Positions 15,939 to 32,129 are shown, numbered from the stretch's first letter. The stretch is DNA of 64,000 nt from the human T2T-CHM13v2.0 reference genome, Homo sapiens (GCF_009914755.1 NC_060943.1), one strand, 5' to 3'. Notes: a model not told the origin generated them from the letters alone. Program-made: numbers and translations.

Positions 15939-17683
15939 TAAGATGTGACCAGGAGAAAAGCAAGTGAAGGGTGCACTGGTTTTCTATCTTTAGGGACCTC
16001 TCTTACTGCTGTCTTTGCAATTTCCTGTCAATCTATAATGATGCCAAAATAAAAACCGATTTTAAAGTCCTCACAGGGAGGTAAGACTGTGAGATGTTTC
16101 TGTGGGATGGTGGTGTCTGCCAGGAAACTGACCAGCTGACCTGGTGAGTCTGCCAAGAAGGTGCCAAGCTGTACAGATGCTATCCTGGGCAGCGTCTTCC
16201 TGCCCCAGGCTCCAGTTCAGGGCATGTCTCGCGGTTCTCTTCTTGTCCATTGCTGCCAGTTTGCAAAGACAACCCCATAGGAGAACATAGGCTCCTCCAT
16301 GTGAATAGAAGAGACCCTGATTTATTTCTTGGATGGGGAAAGATCTTGGAGGGGCTGCAAAGACTTACAAGAGGACAGTGGGGAAACGATTACATGTCAG
16401 GGTGTTTCATTGTCTGGGGCCTCAGCAGCCCAATTTACTGTTCCTGGGAGGATCAGAACAAGGGCCATGATAAACCAAGGACTGGAGGTGAGCAGGGGTG
16501 GATGTGGAGAGGGACTGGTGTCAGGAGAAATTTGTGCAAATGGCTCACAACAGGGAAAATCTCTAGTTAAAAATAGGCTAACATCATTCCCAGCAGCCCA
16601 TTCCTTTCCCACTGTGCTCCCCAGGAACAATCCCACTCATCATGATAAAATCTGGGGAAAGAGAAAGGCTGGAGGGCACCACCCCCCCGCCCCTCAGTGC
16701 AGTGTGCCAGGGCCTGCCCACTGCCTGGGGAGGCGATGCCAGCACTCATCTCACAGCAGAGCATGTACCATCCTGTGCCATCCTGAGCACTCCTTGCACA
16801 CTGTCATTTCCTGCCCATATCAACCCTCTGAAGGAGGGCCCATTTCCCAGGTAAGGAAACCGCGGCCGAGAGAGCTTACGGAACTCATTTGAGGTCACGC
16901 AGCCAGGTCTATCTGACCTCAGCTGATTCTTTGAAATGCTGTGTCAGGCTGCCCCCAGCAGTGACAAAGGTGACCTAGGATGGAGACATATTCCTTTAAA
17001 ACAGCTGGAGTCTCCAGGGGTCAGGATGGATGCTTGAGTGATGGGTGCAGGCAGCCGGGCCCAGAAACCCTAAGGTGCTTTCTCTGCCATTACTCAGAGC
17101 CCCTCGATGTCCCCCCAACCCTTTCCAAAGTCCCTCAGCCTCCATCATGTTTGATCCTGAGGAAGAAGAGGTCTGTCCAGCCCCATTTTGCAGATAATGA
17201 AGCTGAGGCCAGAGTCTCACAACAGAGCAGACACCACATCAGGCCTTCTGACTCTGGGCCGTAGAAAGGCTCTGCAGAGAGGAGGTGTGGGGAGGACTCC
17301 TGTGAGGCCTGGCAGGGCATGGGATCCCCTCTGGCAGTCTCAGGCTATAGGCAGCAGAGGCAGAGAGTGAGCCTGGCAGGGCTTCTGGAGCTCCTGGCCT
17401 CTTCCTCGGCCTAAATCTCGGCCTTTGCAGCATGCGCATGTCAGCTGCACCTCTGACCTCACCAGGGGCTGCCAGCTGACTCTGATTTACCTGGAGCTTC
17501 CTGCTTCAGGGACAGTGAGGAGCCAGCCGGCCTCTCCTGGATCTGCACCCAGTGAGCTCCCATTCCTACCCTCCCTGGGGCCTGGGAGCTCAGGGAAGGC
17601 ACTGGGCTGGAACAGCAGGATGGGCTGAGCCCATGGGCCATGGCTCTGGGGACCCAGGTTCCTGTCTCCCCCAGACCACTAGA

Positions 17684-18187
17684 TGACTAACAGTGAAACA
17701 GCAAAAGAACTAACGTCACTCACTCCATTTTTGTTTAAGGGGCCTTGACCCATTGCTGCCCACAGGCTAAGATAATTTTAGAGCACTGAGTTAAATTACG
17801 CAAAAACAGCAATCATGTCGTTTTTTTTAAGCTAACACTGAGGCTAAAGGGAAGTCTGTCAACAACCAACTATGTTTTGTTAAAGATTACAGGAGTATTG
17901 CCACCTGACCGAGGACAAATGTGTTCCCAACCTCATCGGAACCTCGCTGGTGCCCAAACGTCTGAAGTCCTCTACCACCTCTTAATCCCAGCCCCCTTTT
18001 CTTTTCCCTGCCCTTAACTTAAAAAGAACCTGAAATGTGTCCTAACTAAAGATGGTACTTTAGGACGCTAGTCCGCCATCTTTGTGGTTTGCTGGCTGGT
18101 CTGAATAAACCTGCTTTTCCTCCCACCAACTCTCACCCCTTGTGTTTGATGTTTAAGCAGTACACAGCCGAACTGGGTCCTGTTACA
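17684..18187 (+). mobile_element. ERV1 solo LTR
   Basis: Colinear with the two halves of the 14676-15938 LTR; aataaa at ~18104; ends gttaca. Confidence 0.75.
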
Positions 18188-18849
18188 ACTGCAGCTGCTT
18201 CCCATATCTACGGGATCCCCATTGGTGTGGTGCTGACCGCCTGGAAGTCCTGCAGGGACTCCTAACTGTGAGGCACGTATCCCAGGAGCAGGTCTTGGCC
18301 TGGTAAGACTGTCCTAAGTCAGAGGCTAACAGAAAGCCTCCAGCCTCGTAGGATTTGAAAGGGGATCCTGGAAAAGTCCCCAAAACCTCCCAACTATGCC
18401 TGAAAACTCAGAGGTCTGCAACAGCCCCCAGCCCACCTGAGGAGGAGGTCTGCATTACTCCACCTCCAGGGCTGTCTGTCTTTTATCAACCCGGATGCAG
18501 GGGCAGCTTTCAGGGATGCATGGTATGGGGCGGATAGGAGCTACTGGGATGAGAGCGGGGCTGCAAGGGGAGGGGGCAGACTTCCCTATCCTTGTCCTAC
18601 TTCATTCTCCCTCCATCCCTGCCCAGTTCATGCTCCCATTCCCACTTCACAGATGGCCCGGCCACAATGGTGAGGGGTGGCTGAAGCCAGGATTCAAATC
18701 CACATTACCTCACTCCCGAGCTCTTTTCCCCATGCAGGACTGCAAGGAAGAGAGGATGGATGGACAGGTCCACATTGTCACCAGTCCACCACCGTGGCCC
18801 CTGGGACACAGAGCCCCCACTCAGCCCACCTGGTCTGCCATGGACAGGA

Positions 18850-19715
<866 letters not shown>

Positions 19716-20247
19716 GCTTCTGTCTCCACCTGAGCAAAATAAATGCTCAGGTTCCCATTTCATTTACCCACAGACAGTTTGCACACAGTAAGGCAATACA
19801 GATGCTTGAGACTCTGCTGTAGATCATTTTACTTATGGAATCTGTTTAAATAAACATTATAGAATATTTCCTGACATCAAAAACTATTTTCTACGTAAAA
19901 TTATTTTCTATGTAAAACATTAAATGAATGTAGCACAACTTCAATGTCAGAGCCAGACTAAAACTTGTGAATGAGTATCCTTGACCCCACCCACTAGAAC
20001 AAGTCCAACCAATCAGACAGAAAAATCTCTGACAGAACACCTGCGTGTGCTCTCTCTCTCTCTCTCTCTCTCAACCCCAGATGCCAGATTCAAAAACTAA
20101 ATCACCACCATACATATAAGGTTTGTTGTAACCAACACAGATTATTTGAAAAGGTGAACCGATGATGGTGATAATTAGGTGAATTCATACTAACAATAAT
20201 GATTAAATATTAAAAGTATAATTTATTTTACAAAATTGCCCATGCAA

Positions 20248-20607
<360 letters not shown>

Positions 20608-21932
20608 CTACAGAAAGTTGAAAATGAGCGATTTTGAGGAACACAGCATGCTGTCTGCATGAGTGTGGCAGAGGAACCCGCGGACTCCAGTGCTGGCTGA
20701 GGTGGGCCCCCTGACACGTTAGTCAGGGCAGCTGACTCCCTGGCACCTGTGACCACAGGGCTCATGACTGAAGACCGAGAGCCTCCTTGTGCTTGTGGTG
20801 GTGTCTCCTCTGCCAGCAGTCAATGAATAAACTCCCTGGGGACAGAGGCCAGACCATGGAGCCCTCCAGGAAGCTTACTGTCATGTGGGGCCTGAAGTGA
20901 GTGCACGTCAAATAATAATCTCTACAAAACGTTAGCACTATTGGAAAGATCCCACTCTTATCAAGAAGCAAGGCCAAAATAATAAGAGATGCTGAGGAAG
21001 TAGGGGAGGTGGAAGAGGAGGAAACGAAGGACAGGGAAAAAGAAGAGGAAGGGAAAGAAAACAGAAGGAAGAAAAGAGGAAAGGAAGGAAAAACGGAAGA
21101 GAAACAGCATATTATATGCGAATGTCTGCTAGCGTTCCATTTGAACACACCTGCTAAGCAATTTTTAGAATCCTTCAGTGTCCACCTCAGAACCTTCCAG
21201 ATCATCCTCATCTCATATGATCCACCCTTGGCCTGCAGCAGTGATTGTCTATGTGACCCACACATGTCTGTGTTGATTATAATTAACTTAATAACCACTT
21301 TATTTTTAACAAATTTATTGAGGCATAATTTACATACCATAAAATTCACTCAAAATTACTTTAAAGAATGCATCATGAACAACGAGAAAAGAATGTCTGC
21401 AAAGTTCTTTGGGGACCTGCAATTAAAGCATGCACTGAATTGCACCTGCCCTGAGAAGTGGCTGCCATGGACTGGACCCTTTGATCCGCTTTTTAAGAAA
21501 GAGCCAAGGGCATGTGGATTCCAGGGGGCAGGTGCGACCGCATGTGCTCAGGTTCCTGGACATTCTTGCAGTACACAGAGCAGCCCCACTTCATCGCACA
21601 TATTATTTCTCTGAACACTGCTAGAAAGGATTGTGGGCTATAATTAGAATGATGCCCCACAGGATTACATTCACAAATGTAATTACATAATCATTTAGAG
21701 CTGACTGGCACAGGAAACGACATTGCTTCCTAAGTGTGGAGTGAGGGGAGGTGCTGGGCACCTCTGGTGGAGCTGGGCATTCTGAGACTCCTTTCTCATG
21801 CCAGCTGAGCCCAGAAACAGTTGGAGATGAGTCCAAAGATCCGTAATTCTTCACTGGATTTGTCTTGGTCATCAGTCTGTATCCCAGGGTCCCAGGTTTG
21901 GGGTTACACACAGTGCAAAACTACCCACTAGT

Positions 21933-22234
<302 letters not shown>

Positions 22235-23950
22235 GTACCCACCAGTAACGGTTGCACCTTGAGTTGTTGTTTCAAAAATTTCCAGCAAAAAGCTCATCTC
22301 TGGTAAAACAAAAACTGATTGGATCCAGAGATGAACTCTGGGGAACTCTCCTAGTTACCATACTAGAATCCATGGCCAGAGAGGAGGCTGTTTTCTCTAC
22401 ATGCAACATATGTGGAAGCATGATCTACGATCGCCTTGACTCCGCCTCTGCATGCAATGACTCAGCTCCCCAGCCCAATGCAAGCCCTGCTTTCTCCAGT
22501 GTTTAGAAAAGCACTGCTCTGGGAACGATCCCCGGTGTTGTGAGTAATAAAAGCCAACATGGTTGTGGTCATTGCACTGCCGACCACCAAGCCATCAAAC
22601 CCACCCATGGTGTGGGTGACAAGTCCACCACAGAATTTCATGGATGATGTGGAAACTTCCCAAGACGCCCCAAACTGGACTTCTCCCCTGGCTCCTGTTA
22701 AACGCACCAGGAAAGTGACAACGGGCTTGGCATCCATCTGTTCTTCTTGTTTGTTTGATAGAAATCCTGTCTGTGGCACATATGTGATTGCAAGCACAGA
22801 GTGCCGGCCACATTAGAAAAGTGCATAGTGTCTGTTGTCTTACTCTCCTGAAGCCTGGGCGGCACTCAGTCCTTTGGAGTTTCTCCAGCGTTGTCTAGCT
22901 GCAGGTACTGAGTCCGTCCTATTTCACACAGAGATCAACGTGGCGACACACGCCTGGGCTTCCTGACACATCCTGATCTTGCATCACTTCATTCTCTCTG
23001 ATGGCAGTGATTTTGTTCAGTATGCCCCACTTTCCACAATTTTCTAAGATCTTCCATATATTTGCATGCATGACTGAGAAGAAAATATCTTTTGTTGGTC
23101 CAAGTGTCCTAAATTTGGGTCCAAAAAAAAAAGTGGTAGCTGTATAAGTAGACCACATCTTTTGAAAACCATGATGATAAATCACATTAATTTGGACCCC
23201 ATTAATCTGGACTATGTGCTAATCCCATAGGCCTAAGAGGAAGCTTAGCTTAGAAGAAAGGGTTTGCTTTCTAAGCAAAGAAAGATGCAAACAAGCCACA
23301 GCAAGCGTAACCTACTTAGAAGCAGATGCTGTCCTTAAAGAAAAAGGTGTGCAATAAGCTACACTGCCTGTGAGTCCTAAACCCCAGCTCATCCTCCACC
23401 TTCGCCATCAGCCAGCCTACCTACAGTGTCCTATGAAACTCGAGTCCCTCACCCATTCCAAGCAACCACAGCACTTCCTCCAAAACTGGCATCAGAAGTG
23501 GAAATGCTCCTGGAGGCTCCCTGGTCCTGTAGCCTCCTTGGGGAAACTGAAGCCCAGAGAGGGGACGGAGCCAGTCCAGAGTCACACATCCAGCAGGTCA
23601 GCCTGGTGATTAGAGCTCAAGTTTTGACTCCTCCAGACTGAGTTTTTAAACTCAGCCTGGACTCTTACTTGGGGATGTTAGACAAATTCCTTGACCCCAT
23701 CGAGTCACCATGTGCTCATGTATGCACCGCAGAGGGAGGCAGGAGCCTCCCTTCCCACTGAGGTCTGGGTAAGACTGGCCTGAGCTCCAACTCTGTACTC
23801 TGTGTAAGTCCAAGGCCCTCCCCAAGATCACTGCAAATCCTTGTGCTCATCCCTGTCCCAGAATCCTGCTTCCCTGACACTGTCTCTGTTCCTCACCACG
23901 TTGACTCAAATGAGAACACCCAGCCCCATCCTCAACATGCACACACAACT

Positions 23951-24257
<307 letters not shown>

Positions 24258-24417
24258 GCACACACAACTTTCTAAGTGTTGCAGGCTTTGTTGAAGGGAG
24301 TAGACTTGGGTTGTGTCCTTAGCAGGACAGAAAGAGGGCCAGGGTTTTGTACTCCTTTGTCACTCAGCTGTGAGCTATGGGGAGCAGGGGGTGTAGTGAG
24401 AACAAAGTGATTCTGGG

Positions 24418-24832
24418 GTGTGTTCATCCACTTTGTGTTGCTATAAAGGAATACCCAAGGCTGGGGAACTTATAAAGAGAAGAGGTTTGTTTGACTCATG
24501 GTGCTGCAGGCTATATAATAAGCATGGCACCAGCATCTGCTTCTGGTGAAGCCTCAGGAAGCTTCCACTCACGGTGGGAGAAGAGGGAACAGATGTGTCC
24601 TGTGGTGAGACAGGGAGCAAGAGAGAAAGGAGGAGGTGCCAGGCTCTTTTTCTAACCATCAGATGTCCTGGTAACTAACAGAGCGAGAACTCACTCATCA
24701 CCAAGGGGACAGCACCAAGCCGTTCATGGGGGATCCACTCCTATGAAACACCTCCCCCCAGGCTCCACCTCCAGCATTGGGGATCACAGTTCAAAATGAG
24801 ACTTGGAGGGGACAGACATCCAAACTATATGA
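24418..24832 (-). mobile_element. MaLR solo LTR (MSTB-like)
   Basis: gttgctataaaggaatacc...gcatggcaccagcatctgcttctggtga...caaactatat. Confidence 0.85.
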
Positions 24833-25189
24833 AGGGCAACAGCCAACACACAGCAGCCAGGGCAGGGAGCAGCAGCTCAGGAACTGGGGCTAATCTGGGC
24901 ACCACCAGTACCTGCCGCAGGGGAGGAGGTGGAGATGGGGCTCTCTAGCTCTCATTGCAAAGACACACTTAGCATCAGGCACCACTGTTCTTAAAACAGC
25001 CTTGGCCTGCACTCTCACCCACATCCACACCACCCTCACACCCTCTTGCCCCTTTCCTCAATCCTCTGCCTCTCTTTCTCTCGTCTCCCTCCCTCTAGAG
25101 AACAACAACAAAAAAAAAACTCATTTTCTTCTGCAGAACAATTTAATCATTCTTTAATTCCTCTGTTGCTGAGCTGCTGCCAACACCCT

Positions 25190-25292
25190 CAATGTGGCGA
25201 CCCCCATCCCAGGTTGCCAGTTTTAGAGCTGAAAGTCCCCCATCCCAGGAAAACCCTCAGTCCCAAGCAAACTGGAACAATTGGCCACTCTC
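25190..25292. mobile_element. MER81-like hAT-Blackjack MITE
   Basis: Reverse complement agagtggccaattgttccagtttgcttgggactgagggttttcctgggatgggggactttcag. Confidence 0.55.
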
Positions 25293-25374
25293 CAAACTGC
25301 TCTTCCAGCAGCCACGGTGGCTCTCCAGGCTCCCTCCCAAATGGACAGTAAGTAGGAACTGGCTAAGACAGCTA

Positions 25375-26890
25375 ATCATCTTTTCTTTTTAATCATGAAT
25401 GGGTGTTAAATTGCATCGAATGCTACTTCAGCCTCTATTTGGAGTCACATGGTTTAATCTACCAATGGAGTAAATTACATTAGTAGATTTCCTAATGCCA
25501 TTCCTTTGTTGCTGGAATAAGTCACACTGGAACACGCTGTATGTATTTTTCTTGTGATCACATTCTTGATTTGATAGACTAATATTTTATCAGTAATGTT
25601 TGTTCCTAAATTGAGTTTCATTCACCGTAGTCTTTGGCCGCTTTTCTCTGATGTTGGTGCCTGGAACAGACGTGCCTTTTAAAATGAGTGTGAGAGCACT
25701 CCCACTTTTTCACACCTATTTCCTTCCTGCCTGGTCTGGGGGCATGAGTGACAAATGAAAGAAGAAAGGCATCAAAAGACATAATATAGGACATTTGTTT
25801 CAAGGTGAAGGACTTTATGTTTATATCCAAAAGGCACAACATGTTCAAGAAAAATTTATTGGAAATGACGAGCATCAGGAAATACAATGGTTAAAGAAAG
25901 AAAATAATTCTTCATGCACTCACAGAGGAAAAAGAAGAATTTTCAGGGGAAGGGAGGACTCATAAAATCATGCTGGATTCAGATTCTTCCTCGGCAAGTT
26001 TCATCCAGAGGGTAACGGAGCAACATCCACAAATCACAGTGAAAATAGGAACCCGTAATGCTGTGGTCATCTGACTTGTCATTGGAGCCAAAAAGCCACA
26101 GGCAAACATTCTCAAAGAGCCTGGAAGAACTCAGGGAGTGCCGCAGCCATGTGCGTGTCTTTAAAATCTCTGTGATAGTTACATCTGGGCAAAGTGAATC
26201 ACAAGGAAAAGGAAACTGGATATTGGGGTTGGGGGAGGGAAGATGCAGGGAAAGAAGGGGAGGGGGAGGGAATCCTCACACTAGTGCAAAACCCATGGAA
26301 AGGCAGCTTTAAAGGGAAAACCAAATATGCTTCAAGTTGTACTTAAAATATAAAAATCAAGAGACAGGCATTCTCTAGCATGAAGGACACAGGCAACACA
26401 GAACCCATGATGCTTGAAAAGAAAGAAAAACCATTTCACAATAAAATAGAGCCTCAACATAGAGGAAAAAGCCTTGGAATGGAAAAGTCATGAAAAAAAT
26501 GATGAGAACTGAATGCAACAAAATGTAGAATTAAAAGAAACTCTGCAGAAGAGAATCCAAACATTATAAATATAGACAAGGTAAAAAGACTAGTGAACAA
26601 AAATTAGTAGGGGACCTTCAGGAAAAAAAAAAAAAAACTCCTAATTTCCTCACCTTTCAACAGCACAGAGCCCGTTGAAATTGTCTAGAATGGAAACATC
26701 CTTTAAATAAAATGACTCCCAGCTTATTTTTTCCATAACCTTTTTTCCCTCAATCTTCAGAACTCTTTTAAGAACGATGGTTTTCTGAGGCAAAGAAACA
26801 TTGCTCTGAAATTCAACCATTGTCTCAGTTTCACTTCAGATATTTCATTGCTGCTATTAACTAAGAAAAATTCAACCATTTTATTTTAAA
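25375..26890. mobile_element. Ancient L1 fragments (mixed orientation)
   Basis: Antisense ORF2-like sequence at 25375-25720, then A-rich decayed L1-like sequence. Confidence 0.4.
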
Positions 26891-26900
26891 GGAGTATGTG

Positions 26901-27253
<353 letters not shown>

Positions 27254-27424
27254 CTAGAGAGACATCTGGAATGACCACTAGTTAATTTTAACAATTATTT
27301 CTGGATAGTGAGATGTTGAATTGTGTATAATTATTCTTTTTTCTTTTATTTTTGCTTCTCTTTCACTTGAATCATTTATGAACATGTAATATTTTTGTAG
27401 AAGTAATAAAGGCATTATTTTTAA

Positions 27425-28406
27425 GGGAGAGAAAGGAAGGGAGGGAGGGATGGAGGAAGGGAAGAAGGAAGGAAGGAATGAAGGAAGGAAGGAAAGAAAA
27501 GGGGAAGAAAGGAAGGAAGGAGGGAGGAAAGAAGGAAAAGGAAGGAAGGAGGGAAAGAAGGAAAGAAAGAAGGAAGGGAGGGAGGGGTGGGGAGGGAGGA
27601 AGGTAAGTAAGGAAGGGATGGGGAGGGAGGGAGGGAAGGAAAGAAGGGAAGGAGGGAGGCAGGGAAGAAGGGTAGGAAGGGGTGGGGAGGGAGGGAGAGA
27701 AAGAAAGGGTGGGGAGGGAGAGCGGGAAGGAAAGAAGGGGTGGGGAAGGAGGGAAGGAAGGAAGGGGTGGGCAGGGAGGGGGGGAAGGAAGGAACGGGTG
27801 GGGAGGGAGGGAGGGAAGGAAGGAAGGGTTGGGGAGGGAGGGAAGGAAGGAAGGGGTGGGGAGGGAGAGAGGGAAGGAAGGAAGGGTGGGGAGGGAGGGA
27901 TGGAGGGAGGGAGAGAAGGAAGGAAGGAATGGGGAGGGAGGGAGAGAAAGAAGGAAGGGGTAGGGAGGGAGGGAAGGAAGGAAGGAAGGGGTGGGGAGGG
28001 AGGGAAGGAAGGAAGGGGTGGGAAGGGAGGGAAGGAAGGAAGGGGTGGGGAGGGAGGGAGGGAGGGAAGGAAGGAAGGGGTGGGGATGGAGGGAGGGAAG
28101 GGGTGGGGAGGGAGGGAGGAAAGGAAGGAAGGGGTGGGGAGGGAGGGAGGGAAGGAAGAAAGGGGTGGGGAGGGAGGAAGGAGGGAAAGTAGGAAGCGGT
28201 GGGGAGGGAGAGAGGGAAGGAAGGCAGGAGTAAGGAGGGAAGAAGGGAAGAAGGGAAGGAAAGGGTGGGAACGGAGGGAGAGAAGGAAGGAAGGGGTGAG
28301 GAGGGAGGGAGAAATGGAGGGAAGGAAGGAAGGGGTGGGGAGGGAGGGAAAGAAGAAGGAAAGGAAGGGGTGAGGAGGGAGGGAGGGAGGGAAGGAAGGA
28401 AGGAAG
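27425..28406 (+). repeat. Purine-rich GGAA/GGGA array with a recurring ~27-31 bp unit (GGAA)nGGGGTGGGGAGGGAG
   Basis: ~1 kb of almost only G and A on the + strand. Confidence 0.95.
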
Positions 28407-28918
28407 TGCGCCAAAGCTCTTAGGCCTGAATGTCCAACTCTCTTATCTGCCTTCACAAGGCCCAAGCCCCTCTCATCAGTGGCCACCTTCCTAGACACCC
28501 ACATCCCTGCAGCAGTGTGGTGACGCCAGCCAGGGGCTGCTCTGACTCTGACTCTCTGAGGCGCCTCAGGAGGTGGGGGGATATTTGACACAACAGACTC
28601 CTTATCAGGCTATGATTTTGCCTGAAAAGGGTTCAGCTTTTGTCTCCCCTTTTCTCTTCCATAGCCCTGGATTCACTTCAGAAATCAACACAGGAATTGA
28701 CAGGAGTCAATGGGCCATCCCTGAGGTCACAGTGGTCAGAGCCCTGGGCTGGGGGTCAGAAGACCAGGCTTTCCCTGGCCTCACTGCGCGACCCTGGGCA
28801 AGTCTCCCCCAGTCTCTGGGACTCTGTTTTCCCCTATTGAATAAGAGGGCCTGCGGCTCTGAGGTTCCAGCATGCAGTGAACTCTCATTAGCAATGGTAA
28901 ATTAAGAATAGGCATATG

Positions 28919-29213
28919 GGCCGGGCATGCTGGCTCACACCTATAATCCCAACAATTTGGGAGGCTGAGGCAGGTGGATCACCTAAGGTCAGGAGTTCAA
29001 GTCCAGCCTGGCCAACATGGTGAAACCCCATCTCTACTAAAAATACAAAAATTATCCGGGCTTGGTGGCACACACCTGTAATCCCAGCTACTTGGGAGTC
29101 TGAGGCAGGAGAATCGCTTGAATCCAGGAGGTGGAGGTTGTAGTGAGCCGAGATTGCGCTATAGCATTCCAGACTGGGTGACAGAGCGAGACTCCATATC
29201 AAAAAAAAAAAAA
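28919..29213 (+). mobile_element. AluS
   Basis: Full dimer with poly-A. Confidence 0.95.
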
Positions 29214-30159
29214 TGGCACATGGTACTGGGCTGGACGGTAGAGGCTTCCACCCGAGGCCCAGGCACACCCCCCGTGTCAGACCCCATTATTGGCTGCTGG
29301 TTGATGAAGTGTAGATGAGCTCAGGTGGGTTCAGAAACTTGCCCAAGGGCATCCAGCTAGTAGTCGAGTCAGAAACAGGATCTCAGCCCCATCCTGTCTC
29401 GCCCTAAAGTCTTATTTTCAGTTGCTACTCCCTCAGTTGCCCCTCCCTGCAGCACCCCTGTCCCTGAGCCGAGTTTGAGCAATGGCACAGGGGTAGGCCT
29501 CTGCTGCTGGCCTAGTTCCATGCCCTGGGACAGAGGGGAGAGACAGGCTCAGTCCCTCCCCAGGGCCAAGCAGCTTGCTGCCGCCCAGGAGGCACTGGTA
29601 GAGGTGGCCAGTCCAGGGTATGGGAGGAGAGGGCTGCTGAGGCAAGGCTGGCCTCCTGCTGAAGGCTGGGGCTCTCCTGGAGGGGTGGGCAGGACTGGAG
29701 GGACCAGATGTGGTCAAATGAGAGCAGTGGAGGGACTAGGCACAACCTTCTGGGAAGGAGGCAGCTTGGGGCCTCCTCCCCAGAGCTTCTTCAGCACCAG
29801 GGTGCCTCTCAGAGCTGAGGAAGGCCTGAAGTGCAGGTCCCAGCATGGAACTGGGATAGTGGCAAGTGAGAGGAGCTGCAGCCAGGACAGTGCTGGGCAG
29901 GACCGACGTGAGGAGGGCCCGGAGAGCTGCCCCATCACTCATGGGTCCAGGCAGGGCCCAGACACACCCCTGTCCAGGAGGCTGTGGAGGGGATGCCTGC
30001 CAGTGGGGACGGTGGGCTCCATCACCCCTGCAGAGAACACATGGTCTTTCTACTGCCCAGATCTGCCACCTCCCAAAACGACACCTTGCTATTCCTTGGG
30101 CTCAGCATGCTTCACCACCCTCAAGTCGCTGTGGTTCTGAGAGATGCATGACCCCAATC

Positions 30160-30334
30160 TGGCCAGTTAGGACGCCCCAGTCCCCTGGCCACTGCCAGGG
30201 GTTCGGGTATAGAAACATGACTTGACTTGGTTGAGGCCACTCATTCTAAGACTTTTGCCAGAATCACTAGGGAAGGGAGAATCTCTGGATTAAACCCAAA
30301 CAGCAAAGTAGACAGACACATAGACAGGGAGAGA

Positions 30335-30413
<79 letters not shown>

Positions 30414-30535
30414 AGCCCCTGGATCAAGCCATGCCTGAAGCCTGACCTTTTGTTGACTGAGTCGATAAATCGCCATCTTTGCTTTATAAGTATATGATAT
30501 GTTTCTTTTTCAGCTATAACTGCAAGCATCCCAAT
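30160..30535. mobile_element. MLT1-type MaLR LTR relic hosting a microsatellite
   Basis: gcccctggatcaagccatgcctgaagcc signature. Confidence 0.5.
30336..30411 (+). repeat. Compound microsatellite (CA)~18(GA)~19
   Basis: Read directly from the sequence. Confidence 0.97.
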
Positions 30536-32129
30536 AAAGCAGGTTCCTGAGGCCCTTCCAGTTGGGATTTGGCAACTTCTCTATCCTATAAATAATTCCC
30601 TGCTAGGCGTACTACTGTTTCTGATTGATCTCACCTGCTCAATTCTCAAGGCTAATTATGAAGTAAAGCAGTCAACACGTGGCAAAAGTCCCTGAGCCGA
30701 CACCTGGGGGAACAAAATGCTACCATGTACTGGCTGCACATGACCGAAACACATGCCCCCATCCAGTCACCAGGCTCACCCTTCAAAAAAGCCACCTCTG
30801 GCAAGGTGACAGAGGCCACCCTCTTTGCCCCTGGGCCTACTTCTGCTTCAAAAGACCTCGAGGGAAGGGTCTCAACTCTCCCACTAATTGCTAGGAAGGA
30901 AAATTCTGGGGTGGAAAGCAGGAGGGGTCGGGCCAAGCAACACTTTGCAGAGGACATTGGTCAAGGCCCAGGCTGACTTTCCCAGGGGAGCAGGTGCTAA
31001 GGGGCTACTGTGTGTGGTTGGCACCAAAGCCTGCTGTTTGCAGACAGTGAGTTGGAGGAAGCTTGAGGCTCCCAAAAGCCCAAGCAAATGGGGTGAATGC
31101 AAGGGTGAGAGGCACCCACCCGCACCTGCACACATGAGCCTGCTGAGTCCCCACTGGAATTCCCTGCTTCCCATGCATGTCATGGGGACCTGGCTCCCCA
31201 GCCAATTGTGAGCTCGGGGTGAAGAGCTGAATGTGGCCTATCTCTGAACACCCTCAGCCCAGATCCCCGCCTGGCTGGGTGTTCAAAACCGAACGAACAA
31301 ATGAACGAGTGAATGAATGAAGCACCTTCCACGTGCCTGGCACCATTCAGGGCTCTGGGGCTTACAGGAGCTGAAGGCAGGCAAGGGCTCTGCCTGGGTG
31401 CTCACCTTCTCTCAGAGCATACCTCTCAGCGGGGGAAGGTGGCCATCTAGACAAGGGCCGGGCACTGGTGACAGCAGGCTGCCTTGGGCCACCCCTGCCA
31501 GTTAGGACTGGCTGACCTTCTAACTAGCACTAAATGTCTCCTGTCCAAGCTGATTTCTTCAAGTGTCTGCCCCAGGCATGGCATTTCAAACTTCCCTGAG
31601 CAGAATGACACAGAAAAGCACGGTGAAGTCTTGGGGGATGAGAAGCCCGTGGGAGGAGGCAGCCCTTGTGATTCCTGAGTTCATGCAGAGATTGGACCCA
31701 ACGTGGTCCCCCAGCTGTCCTGTGCTATAATGGGCTTTCCCATAGAGTCCTCATGGGCAGCTCAGTGTCACAAACCATTTTGCTGGAATCTAGAACCTGT
31801 TGCTAAGGCCAGGCCTGGGTGTGACCTCAGGGGGCTGAGGACTGGTGGTCCTACACAAATAAGCTCCCTCTTCCCCAGCTACCAGCCCTGAAGCTCTGTG
31901 AGGTCAGAACAGCAGGTCCTGCGGGATCCCTTCTGCAGGGCCATGGCATCCCCTTTGTTTTTATATTTGCATGTAAAGAAGGCCACTCAGGTGCTCAAGG
32001 TCAAATAAGCCCAGGTGACTTTCCATGCTAGCCAACTCCTTCCTTACAAAGCAGTTGAGTTCTACATCCAGGCACCGGTGACCCTCCCACCATCTCACTG
32101 ATCTCGAGATGCAGGGAAGAAATGGATCA

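Larger units (their letters stand above)
14600..16065 (+). mobile_element. L1MC/MD-like 3' terminus split by an LTR insertion (14600-14675 and 15939-16065)
   Basis: ttgtgccaatgtcaaattcctag...catagtta | taagatgtgacc...ctataatgatgccaaaataaaaa forms one continuous L1 tail. Confidence 0.65.

Noticed and set aside
14676-18187. Possible provirus (two same-family LTRs in direct orientation)
   Set aside because: The first LTR is flanked on both sides by one continuous L1 tail, and the spacer shows no PBS or gag/pol-like sequence
21009-21614. 201-aa ORF with an E/K-rich start
   Set aside because: GA-rich low complexity joined to an L1 fragment; no splice or domain support
22252-22816. Plausible-looking short ORFs, possibly a processed pseudogene
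   Set aside because: No recognisable protein similarity, poly-A or TSD; BLASTX would be needed to revive it
27425-28406. EWS-FLI1-type GGAA microsatellite enhancer
   Set aside because: Consecutive GGAA runs reach only about four
27278-28591. 437-aa and 307-aa ORFs (GREG / PSLP repeats)
   Set aside because: Translations of the purine-rich array
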